A stretch of 64,000 bases of DNA from Cyanobacteria bacterium P01_D01_bin.156 (GCA_039024555.1 JBCCQQ010000007.1:64001-128000), one strand, 5' to 3'; shown: positions 30,548 to 41,367, counted from the stretch's first letter. The notes: a model not told the origin generated them from the sequence alone. Numbers and translations: made by a program.

Positions 30548-31270
30548 TCAAAATAACTCCATTTGGCCCGGTGTCGTTTTTGCAGCTGTGCCTACTAAGG
30601 GCATCGGCCCTCGATTGGAAGCTAACCGATCGGCTAGTCGTGTCGTTTCAGGAAGACGATATTTGGGCGTACATTGCAGCACATAGTCAACGGCTGTTTC
30701 TAAACTAATGCGATGCCCTGGGGACACAAAAAGTGGTTTGGTTCCTGCACGACTTCTAAGCACAGCACCGATACGTTCCCCACGATCTATCAACGGTACC
30801 CAGGCTCCTTTAGAATCAGGTAAATCCCCATAGGTGCCGATCAATCGAGACTTGGCGACGCCTACCGTAGGTTTATCAATGAGCACGCCCAGATGGCTAG
30901 CAATCCCTAATCGTCGGGGATGGGCGATGCCAGCACCATCGCAAATAATTAAATCTGGCTCTATGGTCAGCTTAGCTAGGGCATCGAGAACCGTTGGCAT
31001 TTCTCTGAAAGAGAGTAGGCTGGGTACGTAGGGAAACGTGGTGGGCCGACGGGCAATGGCCTGTTCCAGCAAGGTTAGGTCCGGTAGCTGTAGCATAACG
31101 ACAGCGGCCCGAACAATCGTACCATCTTGCTCAAATCCTGCATCTACGCCTGCGACGGTGGTAATTTTTTCAAATTGATTGGTGGTAATAACCTGAGTTC
31201 GCAAGCGGTTTTGGAGTGCGATCGCAGCTTCTGTATCCGATGGCCAAGTATTCGGTATATCAATTTTCAT
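30548..31270 (-). CDS. nfi: Endonuclease V (deoxyinosine 3'-endonuclease)
   Basis: GVDAGF, FPYVP.LLSFRE, CDG.GIAHPRRLG.ASH, GVAKS, VSPGH, YRLPETTR. Confidence 0.95.
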   Translation of the reverse strand: MKIDIPNTWPSDTEAAIALQNRLRTQVITTNQFEKITTVAGVDAGFEQDGTIVRAAVVMLQLPDLTLLEQAIARRPTTFPYVPSLLSFREMPTVLDALAKLTIEPDLIICDGAGIAHPRRLGIASHLGVLIDKPTVGVAKSRLIGTYGDLPDSKGAWVPLIDRGERIGAVLRSRAGTKPLFVSPGHRISLETAVDYVLQCTPKYRLPETTRLADRLASNRGPMPLVGTAAKTTPGQMELF

Positions 31271-31452
31271 TATTGTATAAACCCAATTGGGTATGCTTCG
31301 ATAGCACCAACCATGCTGTTGCTGGTTATAGCAAACTGCGTGTTCTGCAGTTTGTACCGCACATAGTTGCTTTAACTTTAAGGGTTCTAGCCATCATCAT
31401 TGGGATGAGCTGTGTGCAAAGCGATAAAAACTATTGGATTCATCACGGGACT

Positions 31453-33252
31453 ATGGTGTATCTTTCAGCGCGTATTCGTCTACTCACCCAAAAGGTAGCT
31501 CTGCCGTTGATGGGTAGCATTCTTTTGATAGGCAGTTTGCCTGCTGAGCAGTCTAGGGCGGCAAATGAGCTTACTATCAATGCACCTCTGGACGAAGAAA
31601 TTCTGCCACAGTCGGAGTCTCCAACATCGATTATGCAAGCTACTCTTGATCTTCTTGAGAGCCAGCGTTTTCTAATAGTTCAAGGACTATTTGCGGCAGC
31701 GGCGGGGCTTACGTCATTGGCATTTGTGTATGGCGTGCGTAGCTACAGTAGACAGCACAAACGACAGCGACTTGAACTCCTCCGGAATATTATTCACGAG
31801 TTTGAAAGCGATCCTGATATTTCTCAAGCTTTGAAGGTTTTAGACTTTGAGGAATATCGGTCATATCACGATAATGGCGACCATGGTATTACCAAGGAAA
31901 TAACCACATTTCGTGTCACAGATAGTTTGCTCACCTATGCCCTTGCGGATGACGAATATCGACAATACCAACGGGCATTACTGGAAAAAATGTCTCCAGA
32001 GGAACCCAACTATCAATCGGCTATGCAGGGGTACTACGCCGAGACTATTATCCGGGATTGGTTTAACAAAATGCTCAATGCCATAGAGCACATCAGCCAC
32101 TTAGTTGATGCCAAGGTATTTACGGTTCAAGAGGTGAAACCCTGGTTGTTGTACTGGGTGCGCCTGATTGCTGATGAAAAATATCGTCGCAATCATGATT
32201 CTCGCATTTATAACCAGCTTTATAACTATATTCACGACCACGGGTTTAACGGTGTTCAAAAGCTCTTTGAACGATTTGGATATCGTATTCTACGCACACC
32301 TTATCAACCAGATGATTTTTCCGGATTCAAGGATGTTAATGTCTACAGCAACAAATTGGCATTGAGTTTGGCTAAAGCCTCTATGCTGGTATACCAGGAT
32401 ATTCGGTATGTGATTGAGGTCCTGGAACGGTGGGGGATAAAAGATACTCGGGATGATTTTCAATATTTTAATAACAAAGAATATGATACCCAAGCTTTTA
32501 TTTTTCGTGTAGATGAGTGTATTGTGCTGGCGTTTCGTGGCAGTCAAGAGATTCGTGATTGGTATACCAACTTTAGTATGCAACTGCGCAAATTTACGAT
32601 TCGCCGAGAGGGACAAACCACTATATCGTCCTACAAAGGGCAAGTACACACGGGCTTTTTCCTAGGCTGGGCCAGCGTTGAGAAAGATGTTTTGGCCCAG
32701 ATGAAACATTGGCAAGAAGAGCTTAAACCGGGTGAGACATTGCCTCCGTTGCTGGTGACTGGACATAGCCTTGGGGGGGCGCTGGCTACTATGGCTGCCG
32801 CATCTCTTCAGGAGAACAATATGTCCGTGGCTGGCTTGTATACATTCGGACAGCCACGGGCGGGAGATATAGCCTTTACCCGTCAGTTAAATAATACGCT
32901 ACCTGGCAAGGTCTTTCGCTTTATTAACAACAATGATGTGGTGCCCCATGTTCCACCTCCGTTCTCTATTCGCAATCCGACAAGGTTTTATGCCCACTTG
33001 GGTACGGTGAAATACTTTAACTCTAAGGGGCTATTGATGGCTAACTACAAGATGATTAGCCGTGCTGTAGATGGTGTTTTAGGATTTATTAGAAGCTTGT
33101 TTGAGTCTAATTTTGATCTAATTTCAGATCACAGTGTGTCTTACTATGTCAGTCATTTAGCCAAGGTGATGAACCAGGAAAAACAAAATCGCATGGCAAC
33201 AAGATTAGAGAATGATATTAATCGGCTGGGGGGAGGCCCCGACAACATATAG
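31453..33252 (+). CDS. Class 3 lipase fused to an N-terminal membrane-anchored domain
   Basis: LAFRGS, VHTGF, VTGHSLGG, YTFGQPR, NNNDVVP, DHS; start at 31453 avoids overlap with nfi (exact start uncertain). Confidence 0.85.
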   Translation: MVYLSARIRLLTQKVALPLMGSILLIGSLPAEQSRAANELTINAPLDEEILPQSESPTSIMQATLDLLESQRFLIVQGLFAAAAGLTSLAFVYGVRSYSRQHKRQRLELLRNIIHEFESDPDISQALKVLDFEEYRSYHDNGDHGITKEITTFRVTDSLLTYALADDEYRQYQRALLEKMSPEEPNYQSAMQGYYAETIIRDWFNKMLNAIEHISHLVDAKVFTVQEVKPWLLYWVRLIADEKYRRNHDSRIYNQLYNYIHDHGFNGVQKLFERFGYRILRTPYQPDDFSGFKDVNVYSNKLALSLAKASMLVYQDIRYVIEVLERWGIKDTRDDFQYFNNKEYDTQAFIFRVDECIVLAFRGSQEIRDWYTNFSMQLRKFTIRREGQTTISSYKGQVHTGFFLGWASVEKDVLAQMKHWQEELKPGETLPPLLVTGHSLGGALATMAAASLQENNMSVAGLYTFGQPRAGDIAFTRQLNNTLPGKVFRFINNNDVVPHVPPPFSIRNPTRFYAHLGTVKYFNSKGLLMANYKMISRAVDGVLGFIRSLFESNFDLISDHSVSYYVSHLAKVMNQEKQNRMATRLENDINRLGGGPDNI

Positions 33253-33277
33253 TGTTGCGCTCAGTGTGCAACGACAA

Positions 33278-34078
33278 TTACCAGAACTGTCGAAAGTCTT
33301 CATCAGCATTGCTGAGCTGAGTCCAAGCTACACCTTGTTGTTGAAACTTTTCCACCAGCTTGGCGCAGGCTGGACGTTCGGTGGCGTAATGTCCGGCATC
33401 GATTAGGATTAGGTTGCGATCGCGGCCCTCTTGAAACTGATGAAACTTGCAGTCTGAAGTTAGATAGGCCTGCGCACCTGTTTTCGCCGCCGCCGCCATA
33501 AAGCTAGCGCCAGAGCCCCCCAATACGGCTAGACGCTCAATCACCGTTTGCAAGTCTGCTGTTTGAGAGTGGATCAAATTAGGTGGATTCAACTTAGATT
33601 GAATCTGCGCTAACAGTTCGTCCAATGATTGAGAATTGGGCAAAGTACCCACTCGACCATAGCCCAATCCATCCTGGGTAGGGACTACCGGTGCTGAGTC
33701 CCTTAAATCCAGCAGCTGAGCTAAAACATCTGCTGTACCATCCGCAACCTGGTCAAAATTGGTGTGGGCACTGTACACCCCGATGCCATGGGTAATACTC
33801 AAACGCACCATATCCGAGACGGGATCACCCGCCGCAACAGACTTTAATGGACTAAAAATCAATGGATGGTGAGCAAAAATCAGGTTCACTGGGGCACCCT
33901 GCTCCTTGAGCCGAATTGCCTCAGCCATCACCGCTAGGGTAGGAGTCAAACAGACCAACACCCCAGCCGGTTGAGCCAAAATACCGGGCTCAATCTGCCA
34001 GCCGCAGTTATCCCACGATTCCTGCCATGCTGGTGGTGCCCAAGCTTCCATCCAGTCAATTAGTGCATCAACATTCAT
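33278..34078 (-). CDS. Nif3/DUF34 dinuclear metal-centre protein
   Basis: WDNCG, AHHPLIF, HTNFD, DAGHYATE; ATG at 34078 with AAGGAG 5 nt upstream. Confidence 0.92.
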   Translation of the reverse strand: MNVDALIDWMEAWAPPAWQESWDNCGWQIEPGILAQPAGVLVCLTPTLAVMAEAIRLKEQGAPVNLIFAHHPLIFSPLKSVAAGDPVSDMVRLSITHGIGVYSAHTNFDQVADGTADVLAQLLDLRDSAPVVPTQDGLGYGRVGTLPNSQSLDELLAQIQSKLNPPNLIHSQTADLQTVIERLAVLGGSGASFMAAAAKTGAQAYLTSDCKFHQFQEGRDRNLILIDAGHYATERPACAKLVEKFQQQGVAWTQLSNADEDFRQFW

Positions 34079-35327
34079 GGTGACTCCTTCTCCCCAAGGC
34101 AACTCAACTCCTGTAGCTAATGCTGACACGACAGCCGTTGCATCATCAAATATGGTTGAGGAATCTATCAACCCCCAAGAGGAGGCAACGGTAGCTGAGC
34201 CCCTTAAGTTAGGACAATCCTGCTTCTATGTCATCGCTGTTATGGCAGCTGTATATGGCCTATTGGCCTCCATTGATCTGTTGGCCATCGGCTTTCAATC
34301 TATCCTAGGCCCCCAAGCAGAAGAACTTTTGAACCTAGCGGCTAACCCATGGCTAGGATTGCTCGTAGGTATTATTACCACTGCTTTGATTCAGTCCTCC
34401 AGCCTTGTTACTACGCTACTGGTGGGGCTAGTAGCCGGTGGTTTACCCATTACCACAGCAATTCCTATGGTGATGGGAGCTAACCTGGGTACCACCATTA
34501 CCAACACCCTTGTCAGTTTGGGCTACATCGGCAATGACGAAGACTTTGAACGGAGCTTTGCCGCTGCCACTGTGCATGATTGCTTTAATCTTCTGGCCCT
34601 AGTGCTATTTTTTCCCTTGGAGATTTTGCTACATCCCTTTGAGAAACTTAGCCAGTGGGTTGTTTCAATGTTGCCAGGGGGGATGCCAATACCTATAAGC
34701 CTAAGCATTTCACCGGTGGATTGGCTGGTAAAACCAAGTCGCTGGTTAATTGCTTACGGGGTTAACCATATGCCTGGGCCATGGGATTCACTACTGTTAT
34801 TTGGATGCAGTGTTGGAGGCTTGATGATATCTGTCACTGCCCTCAGTTGGCTTATAAAACATTGGCTCAGTGAACCATTAAGAAAGCTACTTTACTGGAC
34901 GACGGGACATGGCTCTAAACTGGGAGGGTTAGCTAGTGGCATAGGAATTACGGCTCTACTACAGTCGTCTTCTGTGACCACTAGCCTAATGATTCCATTG
35001 GCTGGAGCAGGGACTCTGACATTAGAGGAAATTTATCCCTTTGTATTAGGGGCTAATGTCGGCACTTGCGTTACCGCTGTTTTAGCCACGCTTGCAGTAA
35101 ACAATCAAGTAGCGTTGCAGCTAGCACTGGTACATGTGAGCTACAACATTTTAGCGGTGACACTTATATATGGAATATCGCCTCTACGCGATGTCCCCTT
35201 AAAACTTGCACAACAACTGGCAACAGCCACTCGAAACTATCGCATTGTATCTGTTGCCTACGTTGTCGGCGTATTCTTCCTATTGCCATTTCTAACGCTA
35301 TGGCTTTCGTCTCTATGGATTACCTAG
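34077..35327 (+). CDS. Na+/phosphate cotransporter (NptA/SLC34 family)
   Basis: Two QSSS repeats with GANLGTT and GANVGT; start at 34077 or 34152. Confidence 0.9.
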   Translation: MVTPSPQGNSTPVANADTTAVASSNMVEESINPQEEATVAEPLKLGQSCFYVIAVMAAVYGLLASIDLLAIGFQSILGPQAEELLNLAANPWLGLLVGIITTALIQSSSLVTTLLVGLVAGGLPITTAIPMVMGANLGTTITNTLVSLGYIGNDEDFERSFAAATVHDCFNLLALVLFFPLEILLHPFEKLSQWVVSMLPGGMPIPISLSISPVDWLVKPSRWLIAYGVNHMPGPWDSLLLFGCSVGGLMISVTALSWLIKHWLSEPLRKLLYWTTGHGSKLGGLASGIGITALLQSSSVTTSLMIPLAGAGTLTLEEIYPFVLGANVGTCVTAVLATLAVNNQVALQLALVHVSYNILAVTLIYGISPLRDVPLKLAQQLATATRNYRIVSVAYVVGVFFLLPFLTLWLSSLWIT

Positions 35328-35355
35328 AGCAGATTATGCACATGAAGAATAAAGA

Positions 35356-35595
35356 TTATTCCTCATCCTCCCAATTTTCTACTGCCAATAAATCACTAAT
35401 AGGGTCTTGCATGGAGAAATCAAACTCTTCTAGCTCATGCTTCCAATGAGCCCAGTTATCCCTAAAAAGAAATGCAATTTTCCAAAGCTTGTCAGTGTCC
35501 TTAATAACGTCAGATTCTACCAGGGATTTCACTTGCCGCTGAAATTTAGCCATCGGATGCAATACCGATGGAGCAGCGATTGTGGTCTTAGCCAT
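35356..35595 (-). CDS. DUF4327 family small cyanobacterial protein
   Basis: HPM.KFQRQV.SLV...WK.EL..FDFSMQDPI.DLL.VE.W. Confidence 0.85.
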   Translation of the reverse strand: MAKTTIAAPSVLHPMAKFQRQVKSLVESDVIKDTDKLWKIAFLFRDNWAHWKHELEEFDFSMQDPISDLLAVENWEDEE

Positions 35596-36118
35596 AAAGT
35601 AAGCGGATTTAATTGTCTAAATTGTCTAAAGAGTTGCGCTGCGTACTCATAACAGGGTTCCTATAAACAAAAGAGGAACATGCGCTGAAAATCATGAACG
35701 CAAAAATGCACAGGGGTAAAACATACCACAGACATTTGTATCTAGTATAACTCTTTAGAAAGATTAAAAAATGCCGTTACTGGTTTAAGGCATAAAACGA
35801 TCTGTAGAGCTTATCTAGTAACTGACTTTGACCGATAAAATCATCCCTAGGATCAGCAATCCCCTCCCCAAATAGGGAGGATATTTCTGAGGAAGCGAGC
35901 TGACTACACAAGCAAGTTTGCTAAATTTGAATTTATGAATTGACGTTACATATTGCCAAAGCCATAACGCCTGTCTAAGCTAATATGCGGCACGTGTAGC
36001 AATCGACCAGAAATGATTGCAACTCAGATTAGGGTTGCATGCCCATTTGCTGTCAGGTTTGGCCTGTAGAGATGTCTGCTGTGTAACTCGAATCTATATA
36101 AGTACCCGAACAGTACCC

Positions 36119-37921
36119 ATGGCTGAGTCTGAGAACATCCTATACCTTCCTAAAACGGACGAGTCCGACGACCTTAAGCGCATCCGACACACGTTTTCTC
36201 ATGTGATGGCAATGGCCGTACAGCGACTATTTCCTAAGGCTCAGGTTACCATTGGCCCCTGGACCGAGTATGGGTTCTACTACGATTTTGATAACCCCGA
36301 TCCCTTTTCCGATAAGGATCTGAAAACGATCAAGAAGGAAATGATCAAAATCATTAAAAAGGACTATCCCGTAGAAATGGAAGAAGTTTCGCGGGAGGAG
36401 GCTCAAAAGCGCATTGAGGCTCTTGGTGAACCCTACAAGCTAGAAATCTTAGAGGGTTTAGAAGCCCCCATCACCCTCTACCACATTGGGGATCAGTGGT
36501 GGGATTTATGTGCAGGCCCTCACGTCGAAAGCACCCGCAAGCTTCATCCTAAAGCCTTTGATTTAGAAAGTGTGGCCGGTGCCTACTGGCGTGGGGATGA
36601 AACTAAAGCCCAACTCCAGCGCATCTATGGCACTGCTTGGGAAACGCCGGAACAGCTTCAGGAATACAAACGGCGCATTGAAGAAGCGAAGAAACGAGAT
36701 CATCGCAAGCTAGGCAAAGAGCTGGGGCTGTTTCTATTCTCTGAGGATGTGGGACCAGGCTTACCCCTATGGACACCTAAGGGGACATTGTTACGCTCCA
36801 CCCTAGAGGACTTCTTAAAGCAAGAGCAGATTAAACGTGGTTACCTCCCTGTGGTCACCCCTCACATTGCCAAGGTGGATCTGTTCAAAACCTCTGGCCA
36901 CTGGCAAAAATACAGCGAAGACATGTTTCCGATGATGGCGGAGACAGAGGCTGACAAAACCAATGAAATGGGGTTTGTGATGAAGCCTATGAACTGTCCA
37001 TTTCATATTCAGATTTATAAGGACGAGCTGCGTTCTTACAAGGAATTGCCCATGCGGCTAGCTGAATTTGGGACCGTTTATCGCTATGAACAATCTGGTG
37101 AACTGGGTGGGTTAACTCGTGTGCGCGGCTTTACGGTAGATGATGCTCATCTGTTTGTAACGCCTGATCAATTGGATGATGAATTTCTCAAGGTAGTGGA
37201 CTTGATTTTGGCCGTTTTCAAGAGTCTGCAGCTGGATAACTTCAAGGCGCGTCTAAGCTTCCGCGACCCAGATTCCGATAAATACATTGGGTCTGACGAC
37301 GTGTGGGAGAAATCCCAAAATGCTATTCGGCGTGCCGTTGAGACACTGGGAATGGAGCACTTCGAAGGGATTGGCGAGGCTGCATTCTATGGGCCAAAGC
37401 TGGACTTTATCTTTACCGACGCCCTCGGTCGTGAATGGCAGCTGGGTACCACCCAGGTAGATTACAACCTACCGGAAAGATTCAATTTGGAATATGTGGC
37501 GGCTGATGGCACTCGCCAGCGGCCTGTGATGATCCACCGCGCTCCCTTTGGGTCCTTGGAGCGCCTTATCGGTATTTTGATCGAAGAATATGCTGGGCTA
37601 TTTCCGCTGTGGTTAGCTCCAGAACAGGTTCGCCTGATGCCGGTCACGGCGGAACAGTTACCCTTTGCCTCTAAGGTCGCTGAACAGATGCAGCTTCTGG
37701 GGGTACGTGTGGTGGTGGACCGCAGCGGTGAGCGTTTGGGCAAGATGGTGCGCAATTCTGAGAAGGCGAAAATTCCAGTCATGGCAGTGATTGGTGCTAA
37801 GGAAGTTGAGAACAACAGTCTTAGTATTCGTACCCGTCAGGAGGGAGACTTAGGAGCTATTGCAGTTTCTGATGTGATTACTCGTCTTAAAACTGCTCTG
37901 GATAATCACGGTTATTTCTAA
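36119..37921 (+). CDS. thrS: Threonine--tRNA ligase
   Basis: IRHTFSH, DLCAGPH, KPMNCP, RVRGFTVDDAH, AFYGPK, MIHRA. Confidence 0.97.
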   Translation: MAESENILYLPKTDESDDLKRIRHTFSHVMAMAVQRLFPKAQVTIGPWTEYGFYYDFDNPDPFSDKDLKTIKKEMIKIIKKDYPVEMEEVSREEAQKRIEALGEPYKLEILEGLEAPITLYHIGDQWWDLCAGPHVESTRKLHPKAFDLESVAGAYWRGDETKAQLQRIYGTAWETPEQLQEYKRRIEEAKKRDHRKLGKELGLFLFSEDVGPGLPLWTPKGTLLRSTLEDFLKQEQIKRGYLPVVTPHIAKVDLFKTSGHWQKYSEDMFPMMAETEADKTNEMGFVMKPMNCPFHIQIYKDELRSYKELPMRLAEFGTVYRYEQSGELGGLTRVRGFTVDDAHLFVTPDQLDDEFLKVVDLILAVFKSLQLDNFKARLSFRDPDSDKYIGSDDVWEKSQNAIRRAVETLGMEHFEGIGEAAFYGPKLDFIFTDALGREWQLGTTQVDYNLPERFNLEYVAADGTRQRPVMIHRAPFGSLERLIGILIEEYAGLFPLWLAPEQVRLMPVTAEQLPFASKVAEQMQLLGVRVVVDRSGERLGKMVRNSEKAKIPVMAVIGAKEVENNSLSIRTRQEGDLGAIAVSDVITRLKTALDNHGYF

Positions 37922-38216
37922 CAGCCCAAAAATGATATTCCTGGGGCCAGCACAGTTCCTGGGATATCTGCGAATATCTTCCTTCTATTAGGTCGGAATC
38001 ACCTTTTATGACATCGTAGTGAGAGACCTGCGTATGGAAGAGCTGCCATAGGTGTTACCCTCTTTCCCTTAGGTTGTTGAGCTCGTGAATTGCTGCCACT
38101 GCAGCACCTTTAAGTGTTGTTTGGCATATTTCCAAAAGTTCTCGGCAGTGACAGGATAAGCCCTGTCTCGTATCCCCATGGGGAAAATGTATCAACGTTA
38201 AATTGCTAAGGCCCAA

Positions 38217-39131
38217 ATGTCCAAAACCGCCCACGTAACAGTTCCAGCAACTACTGCTAATATCGGTCCCGGTTTTGACTGCCTGGGCGCGGCTCTCACT
38301 CTCTACAACCATTTCATATTTCAGCTGTCAGAAACCCTAACCATTACGATTACGGGAAAAGAAGCTGATCGTCTGAGTAACGGTCCTGACAATCTGGTTT
38401 ATAAATCGTTTGCCACACTGTATCGGCACATTGACCGTCCGGTTCCCGATGTTCACATTGATATCGAGCTTCATGTTCCCCTGTCTCGAGGGTTAGGCAG
38501 TTCATCGACCGCTATTGTGGGTGGCTTGGTTGGCGCTAATTTATTAGCTGGCAGTCCTCTCACTCAGAACCAGCTAGCGGTTCTAGCCACCAACCTAGAG
38601 GGTCATCCAGACAATGTAGTTCCGGCCTTATTGGGGGGATGCCGTCTAGCGACCCATGGTGAAAATGAGACCCTCACCCTCTGTGAAGTGTCTTGGCATG
38701 AATCCATTGTCCCTGTGGTTGCTATTCCTGATTTTGAGCTCGCCACTGCCGATGCGCGCCGTGTGTTGCCCGATAACTACAGCCGTGCCGATGCTATTTT
38801 TAATGCCGCTCATCTTGGATTGTTGCTGCAGGCTTTGGCACATGGCCATGGTGACTGGTTAACCCAGGCTCTTTGCGATCGCATCCATCAGCCTTATCGT
38901 AAAACCCTGATTCCTGAATACGATGCCATTCAAACCCAAGCGATCAAAAATGGAGCCTGGGGATTAGTCATTAGTGGGGCTGGTCCTAGCCTACTAGCCT
39001 TAACGAGCCAAGAGAGGTCAGACACCGTGGCCCAAATATTGGGTAGTCCATGGCAATCTGCCCACATTGCCTATTCAGTCCATACTCTTAACATCGATAC
39101 CCAGGGCACTCGCACAAAGCTGATTGCCTGA
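38217..39131 (+). CDS. thrB: Homoserine kinase
   Basis: PATTANIGPGFD, PLSRGLGSSS, EGHPDN, ISGAGPS. Confidence 0.96.
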   Translation: MSKTAHVTVPATTANIGPGFDCLGAALTLYNHFIFQLSETLTITITGKEADRLSNGPDNLVYKSFATLYRHIDRPVPDVHIDIELHVPLSRGLGSSSTAIVGGLVGANLLAGSPLTQNQLAVLATNLEGHPDNVVPALLGGCRLATHGENETLTLCEVSWHESIVPVVAIPDFELATADARRVLPDNYSRADAIFNAAHLGLLLQALAHGHGDWLTQALCDRIHQPYRKTLIPEYDAIQTQAIKNGAWGLVISGAGPSLLALTSQERSDTVAQILGSPWQSAHIAYSVHTLNIDTQGTRTKLIA

Positions 39132-39205
39132 GCTTACTTAGACTATCCACCGCGTATTCTGGTGGCGTCTTTGTGAGAGGTGGAGTCAAAAACTTGAATA
39201 TGGCC

Positions 39206-39245
39206 AATAAAGTGCCTTGGGAAGCTTTTCCCAAGGCACTTTATT
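39206..39245 (+). terminator. Intrinsic terminator after thrB
   Basis: 18-bp inverted repeat aataaagtgccttgggaa / ttcccaaggcactttatt followed by a T run. Confidence 0.82.
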
Positions 39246-39659
39246 TTTTCTGGCTGAATTTTTATAAACATAGCTTTACTCAAGGTGAGTCAATGCCCCC
39301 ATGAGAGACACATATGGACTATAGACATCTACCTTTTTAAGGTCTTTATATATGAGGGTAATTAGGAAAACAAATGGTTTTTTCATGGTTTTGACCTTAG
39401 CAAAAGTTAATCAAATTACATATACTGTGACTGGGCGTATTTCAATAGGTATTTTTCCTCATTGCCGTCCGGTAAGTTAGCCTAGTTTCTTTTTTAGTCA
39501 CCGTGCCCCTGAATTCCTCCGACCTCTTCGACTAAGGCCGCCGCGAAAACAGTTATTCCCTGGCAGGGTACGTTGTAAAGAACAAGCCTTTTCGCTTCAA
39601 GCTAGACCAACTGCCTCTCGGCAAAATGCGCTTCTAATGAGTTGTATGCATGAGTTGGC

Positions 39660-41264
39660 ATGACTGTTGAACACTTTCCGTGGCTAACAGCGCTAGTACT
39701 ATTTCCCTTACTGGCAGCTATTCCTATTCCTTTGTTGCCAGACAGCGAGGCAAAATCAATTCGCTGGTATACCCTAGGCGCTTGCTTGGCCGAACTGGGC
39801 CTTATTGTTTATACGTTTGCTAATTACTACGATCTAAGCCAACCCGGTCTGCAGCTAGTTGATAACTTTGCCTGGGTTCCCCAAATTGGCCTTAACTGGT
39901 CTCTGGCGGCTGATGGTCTTTCGATGCCTCTGGTAATTTTGAGTGGCTTGGTTACCACCCTGGCAGTGGTAGCTTCCTGGAACATCACTCTGAAACCCAG
40001 GCTTTATTTCTCAATGCTGTTACTTATGTACAGCGCTCAGGTGGGTGTTTTTCTAGCCCAGGACATGCTGATGTTTTTCATCATGTGGGAGCTGGAACTA
40101 GTACCGGTTTATCTTTTAATTTCTATCTGGGGTGGTCAAAAGCGTTTGTACGCGGCCACTAAGTTTATTCTTTACACTGCCATCGGCTCTATCTTCATTT
40201 TGTTGGCAGCCCTGGCAATGGCGTTTTACGGTGATAATCTCACCTTTAACTTTAGTGAGCTCGCTGCTAAGGACTACTCGCTACCCCTCCAGCTGCTTGC
40301 CTACACGGGTTTTCTGATTGCTTTTGGTGTCAAGCTACCTATCTTTCCATTCCATACGTGGTTACCCGACGCTCACAGTGAAGCGCCTGCACCTGTTTCG
40401 ATGATTTTGGCAGGCGTTTTGCTGAAGATGGCTGGTTATGGCCTAATCCGCATGAATATTGAGATGCTGCCGGATGCCCATGTGTACTTCGCTCCTGTGC
40501 TGGCAATTTTGGGAGTGATTAATATTGTGTATGCGTCCCTGGCAGCTTTTGGTCAAGACAACCTCAAGCGCCGCATGGCCTATTCTTCCGTGGCCCACAT
40601 GGGATTTGTGCTTGTTGGTTTAGCCGCATTTACCACTTTAGGTCTGAGCGGTGCACTACTCCAGATGATTTCCCACGGTTTAATCGCGGCTGTTTTATTC
40701 TTCCTGTCCGGTGTAGCTTACGAGCGTACCCACACCCTATCCATGGATAAAATGGGCGGCATGGGTAAAGCGATGCCTGTGGCGTTTGGTCTGTTCACGG
40801 CTGGTGCCATGGCGTCTTTAGCGTTGCCTGGTATGAGTGGCTTTGTCGCAGAATTAACGGTGTTCCTAGGGTTTTCAAGTAGCGATGCTTACAGCACACT
40901 CTTCAAGGCCATCATTGTTATCCTCGCGGCCATTGGTGTGATTCTTTCCCCGATTTATCTGCTGTCCATGTTGCGTCGTATTTTCTTCGGCAATCCTGGG
41001 GAGTTGGAGATTCCAGATAACACGTCTTGGGATATCAAGCCCCGCGAAGCGTTTGTTGCCCTTTGTTTGATAGTTCCCATCATTGGGATCGGGATTTATC
41101 CTAAGCTAGCGACCCAGACCTACGATGTGAAGAGCACTGAACTGGCGAACCTAGTGCAGAATATTCGGCTTGCCCAGGATGCTGATCATGGCACTTTCTA
41201 TGCTCAGGTACTAACCGCACCGGAGCTTTTGGCAAGTCGTCTTTCGACGACGAGCATTCGCTAA
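39660..41264 (+). CDS. ndhD: NAD(P)H-quinone oxidoreductase subunit 4 (D1/D2 type, probably NdhD2)
   Basis: [48 protein letters not shown]. Confidence 0.93.
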   Translation: MTVEHFPWLTALVLFPLLAAIPIPLLPDSEAKSIRWYTLGACLAELGLIVYTFANYYDLSQPGLQLVDNFAWVPQIGLNWSLAADGLSMPLVILSGLVTTLAVVASWNITLKPRLYFSMLLLMYSAQVGVFLAQDMLMFFIMWELELVPVYLLISIWGGQKRLYAATKFILYTAIGSIFILLAALAMAFYGDNLTFNFSELAAKDYSLPLQLLAYTGFLIAFGVKLPIFPFHTWLPDAHSEAPAPVSMILAGVLLKMAGYGLIRMNIEMLPDAHVYFAPVLAILGVINIVYASLAAFGQDNLKRRMAYSSVAHMGFVLVGLAAFTTLGLSGALLQMISHGLIAAVLFFLSGVAYERTHTLSMDKMGGMGKAMPVAFGLFTAGAMASLALPGMSGFVAELTVFLGFSSSDAYSTLFKAIIVILAAIGVILSPIYLLSMLRRIFFGNPGELEIPDNTSWDIKPREAFVALCLIVPIIGIGIYPKLATQTYDVKSTELANLVQNIRLAQDADHGTFYAQVLTAPELLASRLSTTSIR

Positions 41265-41329
41265 AGCGTTGTCATCACAGTAAATTCTTTTTCCCTGCTC
41301 AGGGTTAATGGAGTTTTCCAATTTCTATG

Positions 41330-41367
41330 AAAGTCGCTGGTGCCCCTTATTGGTTACCAGCGGCTTT
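41330..41367 (+). terminator. Hairpin after ndhD
   Basis: aaagtcgctggt / accagcggcttt with one G-U pair. Confidence 0.55.

Noticed and set aside
31216..31452. N-terminal 79 aa of the 678-aa ORF-track lipase
   Set aside because: Overlaps the start of nfi on the opposite strand and looks like non-coding read-through; a later ATG is preferred
29143..37921. thrS and infC proximity as a thrS-infC-rpmI-rplT operon
   Set aside because: Opposite strands, about 6.5 kb apart with unrelated genes between; no rpmI or rplT
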